From Candidatus Latescibacterota bacterium (lineage in GTDB: Bacteria; Latescibacterota; UBA2968; GCA-2709665): a stretch of 64,000 nucleotides of DNA. The notes beneath the pieces were generated by a model. The model was not told the DNA's origin, did no database searches, and saw nothing but the letters and a program-made list of their open reading frames with translations. The DNA lies in assembly GCA_965219455.1 (NCBI GenBank), contig OZ244744.1, forward strand, positions 5,600,001 to 5,664,000. Direction: 5' to 3'. The translations under genes and the position numbers were made by a program. Of this stretch, positions 50,515 to 60,436 are shown piece after piece (positions within the stretch are counted from its first letter, which is position 1; every line of letters begins with the position of its first letter).

Positions 50515-51378
50515 ATGAGACTCGGCATTGTCGGCATGCTGCCCGGCGACCTCCGGAGCTTTACTCAGAATCACTTCGAGACGATTCGCGAACTGCGTTT
50601 CACCGGCGCCGGATTTCACCTGCCCGGTGAACTGGTGAACGCCATTTCCGCCGAAGACACGGCAACGTGCAGAAAACTGTTCGCAGACTACGATATCGAT
50701 CTCGCGCAATTCGCCATCACGTACGAGGAATGCCTCTTCGACCCGGATCCGGATATCCGTTCCGAAGCCGTGTCGAAGGTGGTCGGGGGCGCCACGCTCG
50801 CCGCGCGCCTCGGCGCCGGGTTCTACCTGATACGGCCGGGCAGCCGCAACCCCGCCGGTCCGTGGACACCCCATGGTGACAACCATACGCCGGAAGCGCT
50901 CGCGTTGCTTATCCGCACACTGAAGCACGTTGCCCGCCGCACCGAGACGCTGAACGTGGTTACGGTCGTGGAAACCCACGTTATTTCAATACTCAATACC
51001 CCGTCGGTCTGCCGCCAGCTTGTGGAATCGGTGGGCAGCGCGAACATAAGGCTGGTTATGGACTACGTCAACCATTTCGAGTCCATCGACCAGGTCTACT
51101 CGGACAGCGAGCGCCTGAAGCACATCTTCGAAACCATCGGTCCGATGGCGCCCGTCTGTCACGTTAAAGACATCGCCGTAGGCAACCGTCTGGTGGTACA
51201 TCTCGACGAAGCCGTTCCCGGCCATGGCGAACTGAACCTGGCGCTCGCCCTGGGGCTTTTTCATGCCCATCATCCGGACGGTTATGCGCTTATCGAACAC
51301 CTTGGCCCGGATCAGATTCCACACGCGAACGCAAATGTGCGGAATATCGCCAGGACAGCAGGTATTCCTATTTACTGA
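50515..51378 (+). CDS. Sugar phosphate isomerase/epimerase (TIM barrel)
   Basis: VVETH, MDYVNH, CHVKD, LIEH. Confidence 0.85.
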   Translation: MRLGIVGMLPGDLRSFTQNHFETIRELRFTGAGFHLPGELVNAISAEDTATCRKLFADYDIDLAQFAITYEECLFDPDPDIRSEAVSKVVGGATLAARLGAGFYLIRPGSRNPAGPWTPHGDNHTPEALALLIRTLKHVARRTETLNVVTVVETHVISILNTPSVCRQLVESVGSANIRLVMDYVNHFESIDQVYSDSERLKHIFETIGPMAPVCHVKDIAVGNRLVVHLDEAVPGHGELNLALALGLFHAHHPDGYALIEHLGPDQIPHANANVRNIARTAGIPIY

Positions 51379-51467
51379 GCCCGGGCGGGCGCCATTGGAA
51401 GCGAACAGCGTTTGCGTGGGTGCCACCCATCGGCATCCGGATCACCCGCGTCGGAAAAACGCCGGCT

Positions 51468-51680
51468 TCAACCCTTCTGTCTGGACTTCGCCCGTCGTAT
51501 GCAGGCACCGACGGCAAGCCCGAGACTGGCGCCGATCGATACGCCGGCGCTTAACCACAGGCCGAAGTCACCGCTACCTGCGCCCATCGCTGAGCCCACT
51601 CCGGCGCCGACGCCCGACCCGATGGCCATCCATTTTCCAACCTGTCGTTGTCCGTTCCCGTCATCCGGTACGTCGGGCAT
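51468..51680 (-). CDS. Small glycine-zipper membrane protein
   Basis: IGSGVGAGVGSAMGAG..AGVSIGASLGLAVG GxxxG repeats; SD-like GAAAGG. Confidence 0.55.
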   Translation of the reverse strand: MPDVPDDGNGQRQVGKWMAIGSGVGAGVGSAMGAGSGDFGLWLSAGVSIGASLGLAVGACIRRAKSRQKG

Positions 51681-51982
51681 GGCATACCTTTCGCGAATCA
51701 GCACCTGCTGTTTCCGACGCACGCAATATACCGGCCCGAGCCGAACCGAACAAGCTTAAAGCACCTCCGAAGCCGAAAGGACAAGCTGCTTGACATTTTC
51801 CTTGCGCCGGTTTTAGATAAGGTGTGAAGGCACCCCGGTTCAAGGCCGCACGATGTCGACGGCCGGGCCGGGCCGCGCCACGGACCTGGACTTCCGTTTT
51901 CTGGTCCGGCGTTCTGTCAACAGACGTCAACGGACAGCAGCGGATTGAACTGCATCCTGCTTTTCTTGGAAAGGAGTGTCCA

Positions 51983-52840
51983 ATGCAGCCTGAGATGATT
52001 GCGGACTATCACTGTGAAACCGGCGAAGGACCGCTCTGGCATCCCACGGAAAAAAGAGTCTACTGGACCGATATTCCCGCGGGTCGCGTGTTTCGCTACG
52101 ACCCAGCCACGGGAATGCACGAAATCTGTTACACCGGGGATATCGTGGGGGGCTTTACGGTCCAGGAGGATGGGTCTCTGCTCTTCTTCATGGAACGAGG
52201 CGCGGTTAAAATCTGGCGCGACGGCGAACTCGCCACGGTGATCGACGAAATCCCCGATGAGCGCGAGACCCGGTTCAACGACGTGATTGCGGATCCCGAG
52301 GGCCGGGTTTTTTGCGGAACCATGCCCACACCGGAGCGGCCGGGCAGGCTTTACCGGCTGGACACGGATGGTACCCTTCACCTGATCCTCGATGAGGTGG
52401 GAATTTCCAACGGTATGGGTTTCACGGCGGACCAGAGGACCATGTATTTCACGGACACCCCCACGCTGAATATCTACCGGTTTGACTACGATCGACTAAC
52501 CGGCGACATATCGAACCGGGAGGTATTCGCACGGGCGGCGGAAGACGACGGCATGCCGGACGGCATGACCGTGGACGCCCTCGGCTACGTCTGGTCCGCC
52601 AGATGGGACGGACACTGCCTTGTTCGCTACACACCTCACGGCGTTGAGGACCGGCGCATTACCTTCCCGGTAAAGAAGGTGTCAAGCCTCACTTTCGGAG
52701 GCGCGGATTACACCGATATCTACGTCACCACCGCGGGCGGTCATATCAAACACGAAGACGGAGAACATGCCGGCGCCCTCTTCCGTTTGAACCTGGGCAT
52801 CCGGGGCGTTGAAGAGTTCTATTCGCGAATCGGACTTTGA
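51983..52840 (+). CDS. SMP-30/gluconolactonase/LRE family protein
   Basis: GEGPLW, RFND, SNGMGF, PDGMTVD; SD AAGGAG. Confidence 0.93.
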   Translation: MQPEMIADYHCETGEGPLWHPTEKRVYWTDIPAGRVFRYDPATGMHEICYTGDIVGGFTVQEDGSLLFFMERGAVKIWRDGELATVIDEIPDERETRFNDVIADPEGRVFCGTMPTPERPGRLYRLDTDGTLHLILDEVGISNGMGFTADQRTMYFTDTPTLNIYRFDYDRLTGDISNREVFARAAEDDGMPDGMTVDALGYVWSARWDGHCLVRYTPHGVEDRRITFPVKKVSSLTFGGADYTDIYVTTAGGHIKHEDGEHAGALFRLNLGIRGVEEFYSRIGL

Positions 52841-53156
52841 TTGACTATGATTATCGGGATGGACTGTGATTTAGCCCCATGAAAAGACTGTAGTTGATGT
52901 GATTTTGGGATTGAACAGGGGGAAGTCATGGCGACAGGAAGAGACGGCCCGTTCATTGCACGTCCGGCTCCCCACACCGGATTCTTCTCGCAGGTCATTG
53001 ACAAGATACGCGAAAGGCATCAACAGGAAAAGACGTTGAGTTTTTTCAGAGAAATTGCCTCGTACACCTGCAAGACGGATAGGTCGATCGACGGGTTACG
53101 GCAAATCCGGATCGAATCACTCAGATCCTGAAAACCCTCCGATATCAAACTCAAAT

Positions 53157-53190
53157 CAGGACAACACACCTCCAGGGTGCGTTGTCCTGT
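53157..53190 (-). terminator. Hairpin terminating the short rpn cassette
   Basis: CAGGACAACACACC/GGTGCGTTGTCCTG; a homologous degenerate hairpin follows the full copy at 54551-54586. Confidence 0.6.
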
Positions 53191-53228
53191 TGTCTGATTT
53201 CCTGCGAAGGGTATTCAGGGAATGGAAT

Positions 53229-53483
53229 CTATTCCGGTTCTTCATCCAACCGTTGTCCGAATGCCTTGAGACTGGACACCTGGACCGCCGCGTGGTGCAG
53301 CTGTTTGAGGCGCTGCACGTCGTCAATTTCCGCGACGCGGGCAGCCAGAGGATGCGACGCGGGGAGATCGAATCGAATCTCGAGTACTGCGAGAATACTT
53401 TCCTGGAGCCCTCGCTCAATGCCTTGTTCGATGCCCTGTCGGGTGAGGTATCGGGCAAAGGATGATTCACGTATGAGGTCCAT
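53229..53483 (-). CDS. Putative RpnS-like small protein (84 aa) from the internal start
   Basis: AAGGAGG-5 nt-ATG; MDLIRESSFARYLTRQGIEQGIERGLQESILAVLEIRF... Confidence 0.6.
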   Translation of the reverse strand: MDLIRESSFARYLTRQGIEQGIERGLQESILAVLEIRFDLPASHPLAARVAEIDDVQRLKQLHHAAVQVSSLKAFGQRLDEEPE

Positions 53484-53765
53484 AATACCCTCCTTTGAGA
53501 CAATATCAGAAATGGTCTCAGGCGCGTACGCCAACCCACTCAGCAGAGACATGCCGGCCAGATAATCGGCTTTGTTCGACGCGGCCATTGGCCGCGCGTG
53601 AGCCGTGTGGATACAGTGGCGCAACCAGGCCTGTGAAGCCATCCCTTGGGGTGGCCTCATCAACGGCGCAAAGGCGATCAGCCCCTCGTGTCCCGCATCG
53701 AGAATGCCCTGACCATCCAGTTCACTCAGCCGAATCACCCTGTACTGCACGTGCACCCGATGGAC
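53229..53765 (-). pseudogene. 5'-deleted rpn copy (nuclease domain and original start lost)
   Basis: Highly similar to the C-terminal 60% of the 54625-55506 protein; the upstream DNA matches the promoter region of the full copy. Confidence 0.8.
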
Positions 53766-53802
53766 AGGGCCCTCTGGGTGAGAGGGACGGCTCCGCGTAA
53801 AC

Positions 53803-53830
53803 AAATTACGGGATCGGGGCGGAAAGTCAA
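53803..53830 (-). promoter_or_regulatory. Promoter of the short rpn cassette
   Basis: TTGACT-16 bp-TAATTT; homologous to 55555-55582. Confidence 0.55.
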
Positions 53831-54112
53831 TTGCGACCTGAAAATTATCGAAGAATCATTCACGAACCGAAACTGCCGCTGAATCCACCTCGTTCGTTGC
53901 CCTGTCCCACCGCATCGTCGAACTCGCAGGAGGCGGGGTCCGCCGAAGCCCTTCGGGCAGAAAGCAACCTTTGGGGCGACGCAAATAACGTTATATCAAT
54001 CGAATTGGGAGAAAACTACCGTATACGTTCAAGATAATTATGTCAGGGTCGCTTTTGCAGGTTGATGCGGCAAGAATATGGAGGGTGTCTCCCACGGGGG
54101 CCTCCTGACCAG

Positions 54113-54175
54113 CCTGCCTGTGCGCCTGCCTGCCGCGCCCGACGCGGCGCAGGCAGGTCACCGCAAGCGGACAGG
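54113..54175. repeat. Nested CCTGCCTG palindromic elements
   Basis: Outer CCTGCCTGTGCG...CGCAAGCGGACAGG encloses inner CCTGCCTGCCGCGCCCGACGCGGCGCAGGCAGG (54125-54157). Confidence 0.7.
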
Positions 54176-54624
54176 TGACAGTGGTACCTTGCTGTCTCGG
54201 GAATTGGAAGCCAGTACAGGCGATCTGTCTCAGATGGTTGACGCGCTCAAGGGATACTTCGAAAAAAGGCTTGAAAGGGTGGAGCGGACATTCTTGTCTG
54301 CTCACATACATCAAACCGGAACCAGGGTATCCTGTGTCCGGGCACGCCACGACTCGCCGCCGTCTCCACCACTGGAAAAGGGACGGCGCTATCTATTGGA
54401 TCACTTCTGTCTGCATTCGGGCAGAAGAACAATGAGAAGGGCAGACAGGAATGTCTACCCCACCTTCACACACCATCCCGCGATGGCGGCGCTGTTGACC
54501 GGCAGATTGCTCCAGGTCCGGACTGAAGGGCCCGAGTTGATCAAAATAAAAACGGGACAACGCACCTTTATAGTGCATTTTCCTGTTGTCTCATTCACCG
54601 CGAAGCGTATTCAGGGAATGGAGT

Positions 54625-55506
54625 TCATTCCGGTTCTTGATCCAATAAGTGACCAAATGCCTTGGGACTGGACACCTGAACCGCCGCGCGGTGCAGGTGT
54701 TTGAGACGTGGAAGGTCGTCAATTTTCGCAATGCGGGCGGCCAGAGGATGCGACGCGGGGAGATCGAATCGAATCTCGAGTACGGCGAGTATACTTTCCT
54801 GGAGCCCTCGCTCAATGCCCTGTTGGGTGAGGTATCGGGCAAAGGATGATTCACGTAGGAGATCCATCATGCCCTCCTTCGAAATGATATCAGTAATGGT
54901 TTCCGGCACGTACGCCAGGCCGCTCAGCAGAGCCATACCGGCGAGATAGTCAGCCTTGTCCGACTGCGCCATCGGCCGAGCCTGAGCGGTGTGCAAACAT
55001 CGGCGCAACCACGCCTGTGAAGCCATGCCTTCAGGCGGCTTCATCAACGGCGCGAAGGCGATCAGCCCCTCGTGTCCCGCATCGAGAACCCCTTGGCCAT
55101 CCTGCTCGCTCAACCGTATCACCCGGTACTGCACAAATACCCGATGACCCGGATGCGATTGCGAATACTGTCCCGGATCCCGTCCGCCCGAATCGGGGCG
55201 CAGGTAGATGACGCTGGAACAGACGGGTAAACCATGGCGTTCGATAGCCCGCCCTATGTATCCGGCCATGCGACGCGGCATAGGCGAGTCGGTACTGTCA
55301 GTCGTTTGAAATTCGGTGTGGACCAGCGCCTCCCGGCCGTCGATGCGGACGCGAATGAGACTGTCGGCGTGGCTTGCCGAGACCGTAGGCTGCTGAGTGT
55401 CAACGACTTCAACGACCTGCACGTCCTCCCGCCCGAGGGTAAAACAGGCAAAATCGCCGGGATAGGTTTGGATCAGGTGCTTGGAGATCGCATCGAATTC
55501 TGCCAT
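54625..55506 (-). CDS. Rpn-family recombination-promoting nuclease / PD-(D/E)XK putative transposase
   Basis: FDAISKHLIQTYPGDF, HADSLI, VHTEFQT (D..ExQ), MPRRMAGY, VIYL; C-terminal QGIE repeat and helical tail. Confidence 0.88.
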   Translation of the reverse strand: MAEFDAISKHLIQTYPGDFACFTLGREDVQVVEVVDTQQPTVSASHADSLIRVRIDGREALVHTEFQTTDSTDSPMPRRMAGYIGRAIERHGLPVCSSVIYLRPDSGGRDPGQYSQSHPGHRVFVQYRVIRLSEQDGQGVLDAGHEGLIAFAPLMKPPEGMASQAWLRRCLHTAQARPMAQSDKADYLAGMALLSGLAYVPETITDIISKEGMMDLLRESSFARYLTQQGIERGLQESILAVLEIRFDLPASHPLAARIAKIDDLPRLKHLHRAAVQVSSPKAFGHLLDQEPE

Positions 55507-55554
55507 GCAAGATGCCCTGCGGCCTTGGGAGAGAGGGGGCGGCTCCGCATAAAC

Positions 55555-55582
55555 AAGATACGAGATCAGGGCGGAAAGTCAA
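55555..55582 (-). promoter_or_regulatory. Promoter of the full-length rpn
   Basis: TTGACT-16 bp-TATCTT. Confidence 0.6.
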
Positions 55583-55877
55583 TTGCGTCATGAGAGTTTT
55601 CGGAAATCCGTAAACCGGCGCCTCCAGGCGGCCCGATTAGACCGATCCTGAAATGGCCGCATATCGGCGATCATCAACAGTTTCCCACCGGCTGATCAGC
55701 GGCCAGGGCGACACGTCCCCTCGGGCTTCAGATGGGCATTTTCACGACCTTCTGAACCATGGCGCAAGGCATCCCGTTGGCCAACTGGAGGAGCGATCGA
55801 CGTAGGATCCCACCGAATTTGTATATATTTGCGGAAATAATAGATAAAAACGTAAAAATTATAAAAAATCACAATAG

Positions 55878-55905
55878 TTGCAATATGCGATTATTATGTT
55901 ATATT
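55878..55905 (+). promoter_or_regulatory. Extended -10 promoter pointing toward the LRR gene
   Basis: TTGCAA-16 bp-TATATT with TG at the extended -10 position and an AT-rich UP-like region upstream. Confidence 0.55.
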
Positions 55906-55976
55906 GTGCCTGAACGCGTCAGAAATCTGACTCGTTCAATTCGCGACTCGTCTTTCATGCGAAAGCCCGAGCACAC

Positions 55977-56094
55977 AAAAAGACCGCCGGTTCCATGACC
56001 CGCAAAGTCGAAAACCGACGGTCAACCAAAAAGGTCCACAGCCCGCGTGTTCCCCGGCACGATAGCGCCAGGGGACGGGATGCGGCCATCACTA
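55977..56094 (-). ncRNA. Candidate small RNA (two long hairpins, each followed by a U-tract)
   Basis: Own promoter at 56101-56129; stems TCCCCTGGCGC/GTGCCGGGGA and GACCGTCGGTT/AACCGGCGGTC-TTTTT with minus-strand-specific G-U pairs; no convincing ORF. Confidence 0.6.
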
Positions 56095-56100
56095 TTTATA

Positions 56101-56129
56101 AATATACGGAACCTGTGTTGTGATGTCAA
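56101..56129 (-). promoter_or_regulatory. Near-consensus sigma-70 promoter of the candidate sRNA
   Basis: TTGACA-17 bp-TATATT. Confidence 0.7.
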
Positions 56130-56416
56130 TTGTGGCGAACCGTAATCGAGCATCCGGATAACCGAACCGGCGTATCGAATTCCTCGTCGCGGTCAAGGAA
56201 CCCCGCCATACGCCATAGCGTTCGCTCGAGAACCCGCTGGGCGCATTTCTGTGAGATCACTTCCCAAGTGCCTCCCGGCGTCAATGCAACATGCGCACTC
56301 ATTAAGATATCCATCAAACTTTCATGTCCGGTCTATTTCGTGTCCGTCTGACTACGTCCATTCAAAATCGTCTCTTCCACCAACCAGAAGGCGTCAAATC
56401 AGAAAGGTAGGAGACC

Positions 56417-59400
56417 ATGCGTGCGCTTCGAGATCGTCTCACATGTTTCGTGAACGGGGAATTTATTTTCGCGCCTGTCTCAGGCTGTGCGATCATATTT
56501 ATCGCCCTTTTGCTTAGCCCGCTGTCTCTTTCTTCACAGAACAGTTTTTCACTGTCCGCGGACGTGGATGGCGCCGCCGGCGACCAGGAGGTCACGGCGA
56601 TGGAGGTATCCCCTGAAACGACGGTTTCCATCCAGGTTTACGCGAGCGACGTGAGCCAGGCGCAGGGCGTGTCCATTCGTTTGGTATACGATGCGGGTCA
56701 GGTCGTCTACGACGGTACCGACCCGGGCGACCTGTTTCCCAATGCCCAGGTGCTGGTGGAGACCGGGACGAACCCGACGTCGGTCACGTTGGGCATTGCG
56801 TCGATGGGCGGTCGGGCCGCGGCGTCAGCGGGCCTTGTGGGCACGGTTCGGTTTCGCACGTCAGCCACGTTCACGGGCACGACGATCCGTTTCGTGGAAG
56901 CCACGCTGGGCAGGGGCGGACAACAGGAAACCCTGATGCCGAATATCAATGTCGTTCTGCAACCCGTTGCGGCCGGGCCTTCTCCCGACTTTGACGGCGA
57001 TGGTACGGTCGGGTTTACTGACTTTGTACAATTCGCGGGCAACTATGGGTCGCAAGAGGGTGATGGGACTTACGACGCGCGGTTTGACCTGGACGGAGAC
57101 GGGGCCGTGGGATTTTCGGATTTCCTGGCACTTGCCGGGCAATTCGGACAAGACGTGGCGCCGCCGACCCCCACGGCGCCGGACCGCGACGTGCTGGTGG
57201 CGCTGTACAACGCAACCGGCGGGGACAACTGGACGACCCAGACCAACTGGCTGACGGACAACCCGCTCGATACGTGGCACGGCGTCACGGTAGAGATAGG
57301 TCGGGTTACGGGTTTAAGCCTGTCCCGGAACAATCTGACCGGCACAATCCCTGCTGAGTTGGGCAATCTGGCCAGCCTCGACAGCCTGAAACTCGACCAA
57401 AACGCGTTGAGTGGAGCCATACCGCCCGCGTTAGGCGATCTATCCAACTTGAGGATGCTGAATCTTTACTGGAACAGATTGAGTGGTGAAATCCCCGGCG
57501 AACTGGCTAACCTGACGAACCTGAAGTCGTTGGTGCTTAGCGGAAATCAGTTGAGTGGCCCAATCCCATCCTTCTTAGGAAATCTCACGAACCTGAAGTC
57601 GTTGGTGCTTAGCGGAAATCAGTTGAGTGGCCCAATCCCATCCTTCTTAGGAAATCTCACGAACCTGAAGTCGTTGGTGCTTAGCGGAAATCAGTTGAGT
57701 GGTCCGATTCCGTCCTTCCTGGGAAACCTAATCAACCTGAAGCAACTATATCTTGACAGGAATCAGTTGACTGGTGGTACAATTCCTGTGTGGTTGGGCA
57801 ACCTTACGAATCTGACGAATCTTGGACTCAGCTACAGCCAACTGGCTGGTCCGATTCCATCCGAATTGGCCATCCTGTCTAAGCTGCGACAATTGACGCT
57901 ATCTGGCAATCAGTTGACTGGCACAATTCCTTTATGGTTGGGCAACCTGTCTGACTTGAGAAGCTTGCAACTTGGCAACAATCAGCTTACTGGTCCGGTT
58001 CCGGTCGAGTTGGGCAAGCTTGCGAACCTCAGATATCTTGCACTTTCCGACAATCAGTTGAACGGTCCGATTCCGGTCGAGTTGGGCAAGCTTGCGAACC
58101 TCAGATTTCTTGCACTTTCCGACAATCAGTTGAACGGTCCGATTCCGGTTGAATTGGGTAACATGACGAACATGGAAAATCTATACCTTGGCAACAATCA
58201 GCTTACTGGCCCGGTTCCGGTCGAATTGGGCATGCTTGCAAACCTGAGTCATCTTTCACTTCGATCCAATCAGTTGAATGGTCCGGTTCCGGTCGAGTTG
58301 GGCAAGCTTGCGAACTTCAGATATCTTGCACTTTCCGACAATCAGTTGAACGGTCCGATTCCGGTCGAGTTGGGCAACATGACGAACATGGAAAATCTAT
58401 ACCTTGGCAACAATCAGCTTAGTGGTCCGATTCCGGTCGAGTTGGGCAAGCTTGCGAACCTCAGATATCTTGCACTTTCCGACAATCAGTTGACCGGCCC
58501 GATTCCGGTCGAGTTGGCCAAATTAACCAATCTGAGACAGTTGACACTTGCGGGGAATCAGTTGACCGGACCGATTCCATCCGAATTGGGCAATCTGACC
58601 AAACTGACTTGGATAGAACTGGGTGAGAATCAATTGAGTGGTTCGCTTCCTCAGAGCCTGACAGGGCTGAAAGGGCTCGAAAGATTTCACTTTGGTGACA
58701 ACGCGGGATTATGTGCGCCGCTCGAGACGGCCTTTCAGACGTGGCTACAGGCCATTGAAGATGTCGATGGCCCGACCTGCGCCCCGGCATCCCAGCGCGA
58801 GGCGTTGGTGGCGCTGTACAATGCAACTGATGGAGACAATTGGACGAATAACACCAACTGGCTGTCTGACAATGACATTTCCACCTGGCATGGCGTTGGC
58901 GTTTCTAATGGGTATGTTACGCACCTTGACCTGAGAAACCATAACTTGACGGGTGAGCTTCCGGCTGAACTGGGCAAACTGACCAACCTCGAGAGCCTGC
59001 ATCTACCCGGAAATGCGTTAACCGGAAAGATACCCGTGGAATTGGGCAACCTCACGAATCTCACACACCTCTGGCTTTACACAAATGCGTTGAGTGGTTC
59101 GATTCCCATAGAATTGGGCGGTCTGGACAACCTCAAGGTACTGGCTCTTGGCCAGAATCAACTGAGTGGCGGGATTCCAATGGAATTGGGCAACCTGTCC
59201 AACCTTGAGGAACTGAGTCTTAACGACAATCAGTTGAGCGGAACGATTCCCGTGGAATTGGCCAACCTGACCAATCTTAGGGATCTGAATTTTGGCGGCA
59301 ATCAATTGAGTGGCACGATTCCAATAGAATTGGGCGGTCTGGACAACCTCAAGGTACTGGCTCTTGGCCAGAATCAACTGAGTGGCGGGATTCCAATGGA

Positions 59401-60256
59401 ATTGGGCAACCTGTCCAACCTTGAGGAACTGAGTCTTAACGACAATCAGTTGAGCGGAACGATTCCCGTGGAATTGGCCAACCTGACCAATCTTAGGGAT
59501 CTGAATTTTGGCGGCAATCAATTGAGTGGCACGATTCCAATAGAATTGGGCGGTCTGGACAACCTCAAGGTACTGGCTCTTGGCCAGAATCAACTGAGTG
59601 GCGGGATTCCAATGGAATTGGGCAACCTGTCCAACCTTGAGGAACTGTATCTCGACACAAATGCGTTAAGCAGTTCGATACCCGTAGAATTGGGCGGTCT
59701 GGACAACCTCAAGGTACTGAATCTTCGTGAGAATCAATTAAGTGGCGGGATTTCAATCGAATTGGGCAAATTGTCCAACCTTGAGGAACTGAATCTTGCC
59801 GACAATCAGTTGAGCGGTGCGATTCCCGTGGAATTGGGGGACCTCTCAAACCTGGAGTTTCTGGGTCTCGACAGCAATAGGTTGAGTGGAGTGATCCCGA
59901 CAGAATTGGGCAATTTGACCAGTCTCACTTACCTGGATCTTGGCGGCAATCAGTTGAGTGGCGTGATTCCAACGGAATTGGGCAATCTGACCAGCCTGAC
60001 GGAGGAACTGAGTCTTGCAGGCAATCGGTTAAGCGGTATGGTACCTTCGGAATTGGGCAACCTGGCCAACCTTACTCAACTATGGCTTAGCCTCAATCAG
60101 CTGAGTGGTGCGCTTCCTCAAAGCCTTACCAGCCTGACGAAGCTGGAGGTATTTCACTTCGGAGGGGAAGGAGGGCTCTGTGCCCCGCTCGATTCGGACT
60201 TTCAGACGTGGTTGCAGGGGATCCAGGAGACCGGTGGCCCGAATTGTTCCGAATAG
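56417..60256 (+). CDS. Exported eukaryotic-like LRR protein: cohesin-like + EF-hand/dockerin-like + two plant-type LRR arrays
   Basis: SD GGAG, signal-like N-terminus; [29 protein letters not shown]; caps [13 protein letters not shown]..WHGV; 24-aa LxLxxNQLSGxIPxELGNL repeats; GLCAPL C-caps. Confidence 0.92.
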   Translation: MRALRDRLTCFVNGEFIFAPVSGCAIIFIALLLSPLSLSSQNSFSLSADVDGAAGDQEVTAMEVSPETTVSIQVYASDVSQAQGVSIRLVYDAGQVVYDGTDPGDLFPNAQVLVETGTNPTSVTLGIASMGGRAAASAGLVGTVRFRTSATFTGTTIRFVEATLGRGGQQETLMPNINVVLQPVAAGPSPDFDGDGTVGFTDFVQFAGNYGSQEGDGTYDARFDLDGDGAVGFSDFLALAGQFGQDVAPPTPTAPDRDVLVALYNATGGDNWTTQTNWLTDNPLDTWHGVTVEIGRVTGLSLSRNNLTGTIPAELGNLASLDSLKLDQNALSGAIPPALGDLSNLRMLNLYWNRLSGEIPGELANLTNLKSLVLSGNQLSGPIPSFLGNLTNLKSLVLSGNQLSGPIPSFLGNLTNLKSLVLSGNQLSGPIPSFLGNLINLKQLYLDRNQLTGGTIPVWLGNLTNLTNLGLSYSQLAGPIPSELAILSKLRQLTLSGNQLTGTIPLWLGNLSDLRSLQLGNNQLTGPVPVELGKLANLRYLALSDNQLNGPIPVELGKLANLRFLALSDNQLNGPIPVELGNMTNMENLYLGNNQLTGPVPVELGMLANLSHLSLRSNQLNGPVPVELGKLANFRYLALSDNQLNGPIPVELGNMTNMENLYLGNNQLSGPIPVELGKLANLRYLALSDNQLTGPIPVELAKLTNLRQLTLAGNQLTGPIPSELGNLTKLTWIELGENQLSGSLPQSLTGLKGLERFHFGDNAGLCAPLETAFQTWLQAIEDVDGPTCAPASQREALVALYNATDGDNWTNNTNWLSDNDISTWHGVGVSNGYVTHLDLRNHNLTGELPAELGKLTNLESLHLPGNALTGKIPVELGNLTNLTHLWLYTNALSGSIPIELGGLDNLKVLALGQNQLSGGIPMELGNLSNLEELSLNDNQLSGTIPVELANLTNLRDLNFGGNQLSGTIPIELGGLDNLKVLALGQNQLSGGIPMELGNLSNLEELSLNDNQLSGTIPVELANLTNLRDLNFGGNQLSGTIPIELGGLDNLKVLALGQNQLSGGIPMELGNLSNLEELYLDTNALSSSIPVELGGLDNLKVLNLRENQLSGGISIELGKLSNLEELNLADNQLSGAIPVELGDLSNLEFLGLDSNRLSGVIPTELGNLTSLTYLDLGGNQLSGVIPTELGNLTSLTEELSLAGNRLSGMVPSELGNLANLTQLWLSLNQLSGALPQSLTSLTKLEVFHFGGEGGLCAPLDSDFQTWLQGIQETGGPNCSE
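57515..57702 (+). repeat. 72-bp near-exact tandem repeat (one LRR unit, about 2.6 copies)
   Basis: ACGAACCTGAAGTCGTTGGTGCTTAGCGGAAATCAG... at 57515, 57587 and 57659. Confidence 0.9.
59108..59647 (+). repeat. 216-bp near-exact tandem repeat (three LRR units, 2.5 copies)
   Basis: ATAGAATTGGGCGGTCTGGACAACCTCAAGG... recurs with a 216-bp period. Confidence 0.9.
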
Positions 60257-60436
60257 GCGCGACACAGGCGATTGCCATTACGAGGACCACCCTCGCCGGT
60301 GCTTCTGTAAAGACGTTCACGTTCGACACGTCTTGGGAATAGCGAGGCGCCAAATGCAATCAAGGTCGCGGTTCACCCTGAACTCAACCTCGGCAGGTTT
60401 TACCATCGGGGTCCACCCTATTGCAGAGAGGATGAT

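Noticed and set aside
54078-54704. 208-aa ORF between the rpn copies
   Set aside because: It reads through nested palindromic repeats, the rpn terminator and the rpn 3' end; at most a degraded fragment
55995-56123. Type I toxin peptide opposite the candidate sRNA
   Set aside because: The 42-codon plus-strand frame has no SD and is hydrophilic, unlike membrane-acting type I toxins
56417-60256. CRISPR array or diversity-generating retroelement in the repeat-rich LRR region
   Set aside because: Repeats are contiguous, in-frame multiples of 72 bp without unique spacers; no cas or reverse transcriptase gene; no adenine-specific template/variable pair seen
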